Shown: positions 30,598 through 40,030, counted from the stretch's first letter. The stretch is DNA of 64,000 bases from an uncultured Pelagibacteraceae bacterium (GCA_902592985.1 CACJGR010000002.1:65800-129799), one strand, 5' to 3'. Made by a program: numbers and translations. The notes: a model not told the origin generated them from the letters alone.

Positions 30598-31805
30598 TGA
30601 ATTTGTCAAATATAAAAAAAGAATTTCCTATATTTAACAATAGCAGCTTAGTTTATTTGGATAGTGCAAATTCTTCACAAAAACCTCAATCCGTAATAAA
30701 TAGGATTAATGATTTTTATAGCAATGAGTTTTCAAATGTTGGAAGAAGCGTCCATGCTTTATCAATAGCAGCTACTAATAACTATGAAAATACAAGAGTT
30801 TCTGTTCAAAAGTATATTAATGCAAAAAGTAAAGATGAAATTATTTTTACAAAAGGTGCGACAGAAGCAATTAATCTTGTGGCAAATACTTTTGGTCAAA
30901 AATATTTAAAAGAAAACGATGAAATACTAATCACTGAACTTGAACATCATTCAAATTATGTTCCATGGCACTATTTAAGACAAATCAAAGGTATTAAAGT
31001 TGAATTTGCAGAAATTGATCAGCATGGCAGTGTTTCAATAGAAAATATCGAAAAAAAAATAAATTCTAAAACAAAAATTATTGCTGTTACACATGTATCA
31101 AACGTTACAGGTGCCATTTTACCTATAAAAGAAATATCACAATTAGCACATTCAAAAAATATTCCAGTTTTAGTTGATGGGTGTCAGGGAGCTCCTCATC
31201 TAAAACTAGACATGCAAGATTTCGATTGTGATTTTTATGCAATTTCTTGCCATAAAATGTATGGACCTACAGGTTTAGGTATTTTGTATGCTAAAAAAAA
31301 ATGGTTGGAAGAATTACCTCCATATCAAGGAGGAGGTGGAATGATCAAAGAAGTGAAGAAGAACAATATTACATACGCTGATTTACCAAACAAGTATGAG
31401 GCAGGAACAATGCAAACTGCTCAAATAGTAGCTTTTAAAGAATCTATTAAGTTTATAGAAAATCTAGGAATTGAAAATGTAATGAATCACGAAAAAAAAT
31501 TAATGGATTATGCTGTTGAAGTTTTAAGAAAAAATAATTCAGTAAAATTAATTGGTAATCCAAAAGAAAAAAGTGCCGCAATATCATTTACAATAGAAGG
31601 AATTCATCCACACGATATTGCTACAATATTGGATGAAGATAACGTTGCAATACGGGCAGGCCATCATTGTTGTCAAATATTTCATGAAACATTGGGCATA
31701 CCCGCAACTGCACGTGCGTCTTTAGGAATATACAACACAAAGGAAGATATTGATCGACTTAATTCTTCAATTAACAAATGTAAAAAAATTTTTAATTTAA
31801 AATGA
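30597..31805 (+). CDS. sufS: Cysteine desulfurase SufS
   Basis: YLDSA.SSQKP, EHHSN.VPW, HK.YGPTG.G, RAGHHC motifs. Confidence 0.96.
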   Translation: MNLSNIKKEFPIFNNSSLVYLDSANSSQKPQSVINRINDFYSNEFSNVGRSVHALSIAATNNYENTRVSVQKYINAKSKDEIIFTKGATEAINLVANTFGQKYLKENDEILITELEHHSNYVPWHYLRQIKGIKVEFAEIDQHGSVSIENIEKKINSKTKIIAVTHVSNVTGAILPIKEISQLAHSKNIPVLVDGCQGAPHLKLDMQDFDCDFYAISCHKMYGPTGLGILYAKKKWLEELPPYQGGGGMIKEVKKNNITYADLPNKYEAGTMQTAQIVAFKESIKFIENLGIENVMNHEKKLMDYAVEVLRKNNSVKLIGNPKEKSAAISFTIEGIHPHDIATILDEDNVAIRAGHHCCQIFHETLGIPATARASLGIYNTKEDIDRLNSSINKCKKIFNLK

Positions 31806-32272
31806 ATACAAAAGAACTTTATCAGGAAATTATATTAGAACATGGAAAAAATCCTAGAAATTTAAGAAAAACAGAAAATTTTAACAAAGATGCAAAGGGA
31901 CACAATCCACTTTGTGGTGACATTGTTCATATTTATCTTAAATTAAATGAAAAAAAGAAATTAGAAGATATATCCTTCGAAGGGAGTGGTTGTGCTATAT
32001 CAATGGCATCAGCTTCAATTATGACTGATTTAGTAAAAGGAAAAGAAGAAAATGAAGTTAAAGAAATTATAAACGATTTTTTAGGAATGATTAAAATAAA
32101 CCCTGAATTAAAATCAAAAAATTTAAAAGATGATGAAAAAACTAAATTAATGTGTTTGTCAGGCGTAAAACAATATCCAATGAGAGTAAAATGTGCAACA
32201 TTGTCTTGGCATACTTTAATATCTGCTATAGATAATAAAAAAGAAGAAATTAATACAGAAAAATTTGATTAA
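31802..32272 (+). CDS. sufU: SufU (NifU-like) sulfur-transfer protein
   Basis: LYQEIIL.H, NPLCGD, GCAISMAS, RVKCATL motifs. Confidence 0.92.
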   Translation: MNTKELYQEIILEHGKNPRNLRKTENFNKDAKGHNPLCGDIVHIYLKLNEKKKLEDISFEGSGCAISMASASIMTDLVKGKEENEVKEIINDFLGMIKINPELKSKNLKDDEKTKLMCLSGVKQYPMRVKCATLSWHTLISAIDNKKEEINTEKFD

Positions 32273-32274
32273 AA

Positions 32275-32574
32275 ATGAGTTTAAAAGAAAAAATTATTAC
32301 TGAAATAAAAAAAATCTATGATCCAGAAATTCCAGTAAATATTTACGAACTTGGATTAATTTACGACATTAAAATTGATAAAGATAATAACGTTAAAGTA
32401 AATATGACGTTAACTACGCCAAATTGTCCAGCTGCTGAGAGTTTGCCGAAAGAAGTGAAAGATAGTATAATGGAAATTAAAGAAGTGAAGAAAGTTGATC
32501 TTGATTTAGTTTGGGAACCACCTTGGGATAAAAATATGATGTCTGAGGCAGCAAAATTGGAGTTAAATTTATAA
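32275..32574 (+). CDS. sufT: DUF59/SufT Fe-S maturation protein
   Basis: DPEIPVNIYELGLIY, TLTTPNCP, WEPPW...MSE.A motifs. Confidence 0.92.
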   Translation: MSLKEKIITEIKKIYDPEIPVNIYELGLIYDIKIDKDNNVKVNMTLTTPNCPAAESLPKEVKDSIMEIKEVKKVDLDLVWEPPWDKNMMSEAAKLELNL

Positions 32575-32906
32575 TGAAACAAGTAATAACTTTAAGTGAT
32601 AACGCAGCTAATAGAATTAAAGAAATCATGTCAAAAGATGAAAATAAGTCTCTTGGAGTAAGAGTTGGAGTTAAATCAGGTGGATGTGCAGGCATGTCAT
32701 ATGATATGGAGTATGCAAAAAAAATTAACCCTAATGATGAAATTATTGAAGATAAAGGGGTTAAGGTTTTTGTAGATTCATCAGCTATAATGTATTTGTT
32801 GGGTACCGAAATGGATTACAAAAAAGACAAATTTTCTTCTTCATTTATCTTTAAAAACCCTAATGAAACTGAGCGTTGCGGGTGTGGAGAGTCATTTAAA
32901 GTCTAA
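32574..32906 (+). CDS. A-type Fe-S carrier (SufA/IscA, HesB family)
   Basis: GGCAGMSY and NPN....CGCGESF motifs. Confidence 0.94.
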   Translation: MKQVITLSDNAANRIKEIMSKDENKSLGVRVGVKSGGCAGMSYDMEYAKKINPNDEIIEDKGVKVFVDSSAIMYLLGTEMDYKKDKFSSSFIFKNPNETERCGCGESFKV

Positions 32907-32950
32907 TACTGTATTGCTGTACAATTAATAGTTATATATAATGTATAATT

Positions 32951-33139
32951 ATGAGAGATAAGAAGCATTTAGTGCATCATTCAAATAGGTTGGCACAGAA
33001 AGCCAAAGAAAAGGCTTTGTTTAGGACGCAACGCAAACCTGTTGAGGCAGGAGCGCATGGCACACTTAGTTATACAATCAAAAAGGGTATTAATAAAAAT
33101 AAAATTGCCGGCGAAAAAATACTAAAAAGTAAAAATTAA
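32951..33139 (+). CDS. Small basic hypothetical protein (62 aa)
   Basis: Fills the gap between sufA and the convergent glnA; ATG start; GAHGT..Y.IKKGIN segment. Confidence 0.6.
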   Translation: MRDKKHLVHHSNRLAQKAKEKALFRTQRKPVEAGAHGTLSYTIKKGINKNKIAGEKILKSKN

Positions 33140-33145
33140 CTAATT

Positions 33146-34552
33146 TTAAGAGCTGTAATACATTTCAAACTCCATAGGATGAGGAGTATGTTCAAGTTTG
33201 TAAATTTCTTCAAATTTTAAAGCAATGTAGGCATCTATTTGATCGTCAGTAAATACACCACCTTGTTTTAAAAAATCTCTGTCTCTGTCTAAGCTTTCCA
33301 TAGCTTCTCTAAGAGAACCACAAACAGTAGGAATTTTTTTTACTTTATTTTCAGGTAAAGCATATAAATCTTCATCAAGTGGTTTGCCTGGATCAATTTT
33401 ATTTTTAATTCCATCTAGTCCTGCCATTAACATTGAGGCAAAAGTTAAATAAGGGTTACCTGAAGCATCAGGGAATCTTATTTCACATCTCGCACCATTT
33501 TTATTTAATGCAACAGGTATTCTACATGAAGCAGATCTATTTCTCGCTGAATATACTAATAATACAGGAGCTTCAAATCCTGGAATTAATCTTTTATAAC
33601 TATTTGTTGCAGCGTTTGAAAAAGAATTAATTGCTTTTGCATGTTTTAAAATACCACCTATATAATACAATGCAGTTTCAGATAATCCGGCGTATTTATT
33701 TCCTGAAAAAACAGGTTTATTTCCTTTCCAAATAGATTGATGAGTATGCATTCCTGAACCGTTATCTCCTTTTACAGGTTTTGGCATAAATGTTGCAGTT
33801 TTTCCAAATGAATGGGAAACCATTTGAACAACATACTTATAAAGCTGAACATTGTCAGCTTGATCAACCAATGTTCCAAAATACATTCCAAGTTCATGTT
33901 GACTCGGCGCCACTTCGTGATGATGTTTTTCAACTTTAACCCCAACATCTCTTAGTCCTTTTAAATATTCTCCACGCATATCTTGTGCACTATCAACTGG
34001 TGGTACTGGAAAATATCCCCCTTTTACTCCTGGACGATGACCCATATTTCCATTTTCATATTTTCTTCCAGTATTGTAAGGGCCCTCTAAGCTGTCAATT
34101 GCAAAACTTGTTTCATTCATATCGTTTTTATATCTAACGTCATCAAATACAAAAAATTCTGGTTCTGGTCCAAAGTAAGCTTTATCTCCAATACCTGTAG
34201 ATTTTAAATACGCTTCAGCTTTTTTAGCAATTCCTCTTGGGTCTCTTTCATAAGGGGTTTTTTTAACTGCATCTAAAATATCACAAAAAAGTACAAGAGT
34301 ATTGTGTGAAGTAAATGGATCAATTATTTTTCTAGTTAGATCTGGTTTTAAAATCATGTCAGATTCATTAATTGCTTTCCAACCAGCAATAGAAGAACCA
34401 TCAAAGAAGACACCGTTATTTAACATTTCATCATTAACTATTGTTGCGTCCATAGTTAAATGTTGTAATTTTCCTCGTGGATCAGTAAACCTCAGATCCA
34501 CATATTCAACTTCTTTGTCTTTCATTAATTTTAAAACTTGAGTCGAGCTCAT
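33146..34552 (-). CDS. glnA: Glutamine synthetase type I
   Basis: FDGSSIAGW, GPEPEFF, HHHEVA, TATFMPKP..GDNGSGMH, RNRSA, EIRFPD motifs. Confidence 0.98.
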   Translation of the reverse strand: MSSTQVLKLMKDKEVEYVDLRFTDPRGKLQHLTMDATIVNDEMLNNGVFFDGSSIAGWKAINESDMILKPDLTRKIIDPFTSHNTLVLFCDILDAVKKTPYERDPRGIAKKAEAYLKSTGIGDKAYFGPEPEFFVFDDVRYKNDMNETSFAIDSLEGPYNTGRKYENGNMGHRPGVKGGYFPVPPVDSAQDMRGEYLKGLRDVGVKVEKHHHEVAPSQHELGMYFGTLVDQADNVQLYKYVVQMVSHSFGKTATFMPKPVKGDNGSGMHTHQSIWKGNKPVFSGNKYAGLSETALYYIGGILKHAKAINSFSNAATNSYKRLIPGFEAPVLLVYSARNRSASCRIPVALNKNGARCEIRFPDASGNPYLTFASMLMAGLDGIKNKIDPGKPLDEDLYALPENKVKKIPTVCGSLREAMESLDRDRDFLKQGGVFTDDQIDAYIALKFEEIYKLEHTPHPMEFEMYYSS

Positions 34553-34705
34553 ATTTTTTCCTACTAAATTTTGTTAGGTTTTAATATCAAAAAATTATAG
34601 ATTGTTATTGTTTATTATAGATATATCACCTATGCATTCCACACATACATAAATGGCAATTAATATGAAATTATCAATTCACAAATTATTACAATTATTG
34701 GTTGA

Positions 34706-35185
34706 ATGGAAGATTTGTTAAACAAAGAATCAGTTCAAAGGGTTGTTAAAGCTCTAAGTAATTTTGAAGACTCGTTAAAAGTAGAGGTTTTAAATAGTTC
34801 AGCACGAACTGCAAAAGATGCGGCTATATCACTAAAATGTGAGGTTGGAGCAATAGTTAAAAGTTTACTTTTAAGAACAGAGAACAATTTTATTTTATGC
34901 TTAGTTTCAGGAGATAAGAGATGTTCATTAAATAAAGTAAAGAAATTGCTAAATATTAAAGATGTTTCAATGGCAAATGCTGAACAAGTTAAAAGTCAAA
35001 CTGGCTTTTCAATAGGAGGAGTTGCTCCTGTAGCTCATTTAAATAAAAACAAAGTATTAATAGATACTTCATTGTCTCGATATGAACATGTTTATGCAGC
35101 AGCAGGTCACCCCAATACTATTTTTAAGATTAGTTACAAACAGTTAATTAAACTTACAGAAGGAATCGAAGAGGACATTACATAA
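34706..35185 (+). CDS. YbaK/aminoacyl-tRNA trans-editing domain protein
   Basis: RTA.DAA, IVKSL, TGFSIGGVAP, AAAGHP motifs. Confidence 0.9.
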   Translation: MEDLLNKESVQRVVKALSNFEDSLKVEVLNSSARTAKDAAISLKCEVGAIVKSLLLRTENNFILCLVSGDKRCSLNKVKKLLNIKDVSMANAEQVKSQTGFSIGGVAPVAHLNKNKVLIDTSLSRYEHVYAAAGHPNTIFKISYKQLIKLTEGIEEDIT

Positions 35186-36078
35186 TGAGAGAACCAAAAA
35201 TTATAGATTATGTGCTACTCACAATTTTAGCACTTATATGGTCTTCAGCTTTTTTTAATATCAAAATTGCAACTTACTCTTATGGACCTGTTACAATTGC
35301 TTTTTTAAGAATTTTTTTTGGAGCAATTCCTGTTATTGCTCTGTGTCTTTATAAAAAAATAAAAATCGAAGCATTTTCAAAAGATTGGTACTGGTTTGCT
35401 GCAATTGGATTAATAAATTTAGTTATCCCCTTTTTTTTAATTGCATATGGGGTTCAAAAAGTTCAAAGTAATTTAGCTGCCATTTTAATGGCTAGCACAC
35501 CATTAAGCGCAACAGTATTAGCACACATTTTTATAGAAAATGAAAAAATTAATTTCACAAAAGTTTTAGGTGTTCTTATTGGATTTTCTGGAATAGTTTT
35601 TCTTTTTTCAGATAATATTTTAATTAATGAAAATAATTTTTTTTCTGCACTAATTATTTTTTTTGCTTCAACTTTTTATGTAATAGGAGGCTTGTTAACT
35701 CTTAAAATAAGTAATAAAAAAAATGAAAATGTAACAGCTTCAATATTAATATGGGGATTCATATTTTTAATCCCTATAACATCTTATACAGAGCAGCCTT
35801 GGAATTTAACTCCAAGTAAAGCATCAACAATATCAGTTATTTATCTTGGTATATTTGCAACAGGTATTGCCTGGTTACTTAGATTTAGAATATTAAAAAA
35901 TAATGGACTAGTTTTTCAAGCTCAAGTAGCTTATTTAATTCCAATATTTGGAATAATATTAGGATATATATTTTTGAAAGAATTGATTACCCCAAAAGTT
36001 TTGGTAGCAGTTGCTGCTGTAATAGCTGGTATTTATTTTGTTGAAAAATCGAAAGGTAGAAAAATTACTTCAGTTTAG
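35185..36078 (+). CDS. DMT (EamA) family transporter
   Basis: About 10 TM in two EamA repeats (LIWS.AF; YL.P.FG..LG..FL.E). Confidence 0.9.
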   Translation: MREPKIIDYVLLTILALIWSSAFFNIKIATYSYGPVTIAFLRIFFGAIPVIALCLYKKIKIEAFSKDWYWFAAIGLINLVIPFFLIAYGVQKVQSNLAAILMASTPLSATVLAHIFIENEKINFTKVLGVLIGFSGIVFLFSDNILINENNFFSALIIFFASTFYVIGGLLTLKISNKKNENVTASILIWGFIFLIPITSYTEQPWNLTPSKASTISVIYLGIFATGIAWLLRFRILKNNGLVFQAQVAYLIPIFGIILGYIFLKELITPKVLVAVAAVIAGIYFVEKSKGRKITSV

Positions 36079-36979
36079 AAATTTCTTTTATGTGTGCTGG
36101 CCTTATTTCGCAGCATCCACCTAAAATAGTGGCGCCATTTTCCTTAAACTTTTTTACATATTCAAAGAATCTGTATTCATTTAAATCAGTATTTTTTCCT
36201 AGAACAGTCGTCGGGTTGCCTGCATTTCCCCACTCATCTTTGGAGGCAACAGTATAACCTTCCGGTATTTTTTTAAATGCATTTAACTTGAATCCATATG
36301 GTATATCTATTTTTTTTAAATCATTAATAACCAACTCATATGCTCCAGGAGAAATACAAGCCATAATAATTCCAATCCAGTTTTTATTTTTATATTTTTT
36401 GAATATAGCCTCGATTTTTTCACCAGAAGGAAGTTGACCATTATCTCTTAGATGGATACCAACTAGAACCGGTAAATTATAAGGTTCAATTGCTTTAAGT
36501 GCAAATTCGCACTCCAATCCACTGCTCATCACGTCTAGATAAAAAAAATCAATCCCATTTTTAAGAAGCTTGGCTTGAGCATAAAAATTTTTTTTTATCA
36601 AATCTAAATCTTCTCCTAAATCAGCGCTATAGGTTTGTTTTTGATTAGGCAAACCACCGGCAATTAAAACTTCTTTTTTCGATATATCTCTTGCTTTTTG
36701 AGCTAGCTCAACCGCTTTAATGTTTATTTTTTCAAAATATTTTTCACAGTCATTTTGTATCAATCTATTTCTTCGAGCAGTAAATGTTGTAGTAACTATT
36801 ACCTCAGCTCCAGCATTAATAAAATCTAAATGAGTATCGATAACCATTTGGTGGCAATCTTTGTTAATTAAAGCATGAGCAGACCATAATGTTCCTTTTG
36901 GTTTTAATCCTCTATTAAGTAATTCCTGGCCCATACCTCCATCTAAAATTCTTATTTTTTTAAAAAAATCTTTATCCAT
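36065..36979 (-). CDS. mmuM: Homocysteine S-methyltransferase (MmuM/BHMT family; start likely ATG 36979)
   Basis: ILDGGMGQEL, LWSA.AL, H..FI.AGA, Zn-ligand Cys in IMACISP and GGCC...P.HI. Confidence 0.8.
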   Translation of the reverse strand: MDKDFFKKIRILDGGMGQELLNRGLKPKGTLWSAHALINKDCHQMVIDTHLDFINAGAEVIVTTTFTARRNRLIQNDCEKYFEKINIKAVELAQKARDISKKEVLIAGGLPNQKQTYSADLGEDLDLIKKNFYAQAKLLKNGIDFFYLDVMSSGLECEFALKAIEPYNLPVLVGIHLRDNGQLPSGEKIEAIFKKYKNKNWIGIIMACISPGAYELVINDLKKIDIPYGFKLNAFKKIPEGYTVASKDEWGNAGNPTTVLGKNTDLNEYRFFEYVKKFKENGATILGGCCEIRPAHIKEISKLK

Positions 36980-37847
36980 AAATCCCAATAAAATAATTAA
37001 AAGTAGCTAAGAATTTTAAGAAATTTGAGAATGATTTTTTAAAATTTAATATTAATAAATATGAAAAAGTTCTAAAAATATATTTTAGTAATCTCCAAAT
37101 AATAATTTTTGAAAGTTTTTTAGAACCGAAATAAATTAATGGAGATAATTCATGATGATATGTTCTTATTGAAAATGTTAGTAGGTTTTTCTTTGATGAA
37201 CTTTCTTGAGCATGATGTGCTTCTGATTTAGGAGTTACTATAACACTTAATTTGTTTTTTCTTACTTTTCTACAGAAATCAATCTCTTCCCAAAATAAAA
37301 AATATTTTTCATTAAACATATTAATTTTTTTAAAATAGCTTGAATTAATTAATAGAGCACAACCTTTTGCTACATCCACGCAACATTCACCTTCAATTTT
37401 AGAATTTTCAAGAATCTTACATAATTTTATTTCATTCTGATTTCTTTTTACTCCTTTTCCTTTTTCAGGAAATATTCCATAATAATCCTTATCAGGCGTT
37501 GTAATTGGAGCTGCTATAGCACAATCATTATTATTTTTTAAAACATTAATTAAATTGATTATAGATTCTTCTGAAATAACTAAATCAGGATTTATTACTA
37601 AAAAGAAATCTGTTAAAATATTCTCATACGCAAAATTAATCGCTCTTGCATAACCAAGATTTTTATTTTTTGATAATATTTTTAATATATTTGGGTATTT
37701 TTTGATTTTATCTAAAATTAAATCATTTTTTCCATTATCAACTACAATTATTTGAAAATTTTTAAGTTTTTCAAACGATTGTAAAACTAATTTATCTGAA
37801 TCGTAGAGAACTATTACAATAGTTAAATTTTTATAATTATTTTCCAT
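36972..37847 (-). CDS. Glycosyltransferase family 2
   Basis: IVVDNG, N.GYARAIN, INPD (DxD-like), G.ALLI, FLFWEEIDFC motifs. Confidence 0.9.
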   Translation of the reverse strand: MENNYKNLTIVIVLYDSDKLVLQSFEKLKNFQIIVVDNGKNDLILDKIKKYPNILKILSKNKNLGYARAINFAYENILTDFFLVINPDLVISEESIINLINVLKNNNDCAIAAPITTPDKDYYGIFPEKGKGVKRNQNEIKLCKILENSKIEGECCVDVAKGCALLINSSYFKKINMFNEKYFLFWEEIDFCRKVRKNKLSVIVTPKSEAHHAQESSSKKNLLTFSIRTYHHELSPLIYFGSKKLSKIIIWRLLKYIFRTFSYLLILNFKKSFSNFLKFLATFNYFIGIYG

Positions 37848-37849
37848 TA

Positions 37850-38593
37850 TTAATATAGTTTTATGCCTATTCTAATTGATACAAATAGCACAAGACCAGC
37901 AGTTACCAAAGCAAGAATTCTTGTTGGAAAAATTTTTAAATTTAAAAAATTTCCTATTTGTCCTCCTATAAATACAGCTATGAGTAAAAATATATAATTT
38001 TGAATTTCTTCAAAGACAAAATTTTTTGTAAGTTGTCCAACAATTCCTGAAATAGAATTAATTAGTATAAATATAGATGCAGCTGTTATTATATGTTTTG
38101 CCTTTGCAGCTCTTATTAAAAAAAGTATTGGACTTAAAAAAATTCCTCCACCTATACCAACAACTCCAGAAATAAATCCCAAAATTCCACCAATAAAAAT
38201 TGAAAATATCACCGGAACTTTTCGGTAATTTTCTTCTTTGTCGTTGTAAGAATTAAATTTAAATAACAATAAAAGACCTGCTGTTGCTAAAACTAAAAAT
38301 AATAATATTTCAAATAATTTTTTTTCTATAGGCAAAGATCCTCCTATAAAAGCAAGCGGTATTGACCCAATTAAATAAGGTATTAATAATTTTAAATTTA
38401 AGTTTCCCGCTTTTATGTAGTTAAAACAATTTCCAGATACGACTATTATGTTGCAACAAAGTGCTATTATAGGAAAAATATAGTAAGGAATGCCCCAAAT
38501 TAACAAAAGTGCTAAATAAGTTGATCCACCTCCAAAGCCTACACTTGAATACAGTATTGCAGTTACAAAAAACAAAATTGATAATATAATCAT
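37850..38593 (-). CDS. TSUP/TauE-SafE family permease
   Basis: YSSVGFGGGS.Y and G.ISG.VGIGGGIFL.P repeats; about 8 TM. Confidence 0.88.
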   Translation of the reverse strand: MIILSILFFVTAILYSSVGFGGGSTYLALLLIWGIPYYIFPIIALCCNIIVVSGNCFNYIKAGNLNLKLLIPYLIGSIPLAFIGGSLPIEKKLFEILLFLVLATAGLLLLFKFNSYNDKEENYRKVPVIFSIFIGGILGFISGVVGIGGGIFLSPILFLIRAAKAKHIITAASIFILINSISGIVGQLTKNFVFEEIQNYIFLLIAVFIGGQIGNFLNLKIFPTRILALVTAGLVLFVSIRIGIKLY

Positions 38594-38610
38594 TAGTATT
38601 ATTTAAATTT

Positions 38611-39111
38611 ATGAACGTAAATATAGCACTTTTAACTGTTACTGATAGCAGGACTTTTGAAAACGATAAATCAGGAGCTATCTTAGTAAAAAAAATTGAA
38701 GAGGCCAAACATAGTTTGATTGATAGAAAAATTTGTAAAGATAACAAAGAAGATATCAAAAATATCTTAAAAAATTGGATCGATCAAAAAAATATAGATG
38801 TTATCATAACTACAGGGGGCACAGGTTTAACTGGTAGAGACATTACTCCTGAGGCAGTGAATGAAATCGCAGATAAACATATACCTGGATTTGGTGAAAT
38901 TTTTAGAAATTTAAGTTTAAAAACAGTTGGAACATCTGCTATTCAATCAAGAGCTTGTGCAGTTTTAGCAAATGGAAAATATGTATTTGTATTACCAGGA
39001 TCATCAGGTGGGGTAACTGATGCTTGGGATGGAATTTTAAAAAATCAATTAGATATTAATCACAAACCTTGTAATTTTGTTGAATTATTTCCTAGACTTA
39101 AAGAAAAATAG
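38611..39111 (+). CDS. moaB: Molybdenum cofactor biosynthesis protein MoaB (MogA/MoaB family)
   Basis: LTV.D.R....D.SG, TTGGTGLTGRD.TPEA, SRA, LPGS, PCNFVE motifs. Confidence 0.93.
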   Translation: MNVNIALLTVTDSRTFENDKSGAILVKKIEEAKHSLIDRKICKDNKEDIKNILKNWIDQKNIDVIITTGGTGLTGRDITPEAVNEIADKHIPGFGEIFRNLSLKTVGTSAIQSRACAVLANGKYVFVLPGSSGGVTDAWDGILKNQLDINHKPCNFVELFPRLKEK

Positions 39112-39357
39112 TTATTTTTGATATTTTTCTTTCCATTCAGAGTAAGGCATTCCATAAACATGTTTTCTTGCATCTGGATCTGAAATTTTAATACCTTTTT
39201 TTTCCGCCTCTTCTCTGTACCACTTAGATAAGCAATTTCTACAAAATCCTGCTAAATTCATCAAGTCAATATTTTGAACTTCCTTTTTATTTCTTAAATG
39301 ATTTATTAACCTTTCGAAGGTAGCCGATTGTAATTCTTTTTTAGTATTATCATCCAT
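39112..39357 (-). CDS. DUF1244 family protein
   Basis: VQNIDLMNLAGFCRNCLSKWY...VYGMPY.EWK..YQ signature. Confidence 0.9.
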   Translation of the reverse strand: MDDNTKKELQSATFERLINHLRNKKEVQNIDLMNLAGFCRNCLSKWYREEAEKKGIKISDPDARKHVYGMPYSEWKEKYQK

Positions 39358-39380
39358 ATGAATATGTGTTAGTTTTTAAC

Positions 39381-39947
39381 ATGAAACTTTCAGGATCTTA
39401 CCAAATAAATTTAGAAAAACAAAAAGTTTGGGAATTATTAAATGATCCAGAAATATTAAAAAAAGCTATACCTGGATGTGAAGAATTCAAAAAAAAATCT
39501 GATACAGAATTTTCTGCAACAGCTACTAATAAAATTGGTCCATTTAATGCAAGTTTTACAGGCAATATAGAGTTAAAAGATTTAAACCCACCACATAGCT
39601 ATAAGATAAAAGGATCAGGGAATTCGCCAGTTGGATTTGCATCAGGTGAAGCAGAAGTGAAACTTGAAGAAGCAAGTAGCGGAACAAAACTTATTTATAG
39701 AGTTGAAGCAAATGTGGGTGGCAAGATAGCTCAAATTGGTTCACGCTTAATTGACATGACGGCAAAAAAAATGGCGGATATTTTTTTTAGCAAATTTTCA
39801 GAATTAGTTTCAAATAAACCAAACATATCAAAAATTGACAAAGTTTCAGAAGCTAGAGTTCCACGTGAAAAGAAATCATTTAATAAAATATTAATTTATT
39901 CTTCGTTGCTAATAATAATAGCTATTATTACATATTCTATAAGTTGA
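39381..39947 (+). CDS. coxG: CoxG (SRPBCC) accessory protein with C-terminal membrane anchor (start likely ATG 39381)
   Basis: VW..LNDPE.L...IPGC, KIGP, VGGKIAQIGSRLI motifs; hydrophobic tail. Confidence 0.9.
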   Translation: MKLSGSYQINLEKQKVWELLNDPEILKKAIPGCEEFKKKSDTEFSATATNKIGPFNASFTGNIELKDLNPPHSYKIKGSGNSPVGFASGEAEVKLEEASSGTKLIYRVEANVGGKIAQIGSRLIDMTAKKMADIFFSKFSELVSNKPNISKIDKVSEARVPREKKSFNKILIYSSLLIIIAIITYSIS

Positions 39948-40030
39948 ATCACGCCTAGGTAGAAATTTTTTAGGTTGTGCATAATATTTTATTATGTTTT
40001 ACTTAATAACTTATTGAGAGGGTAAACTTA

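Noticed and set aside
33030-33062. GCAAACCTGT-TGAG-GCAGGAGCGCA resembling a c-di-GMP-I riboswitch P2 arm
   Set aside because: No GNRA loop or second stem, and it lies inside a plausible ORF with no downstream gene to control.
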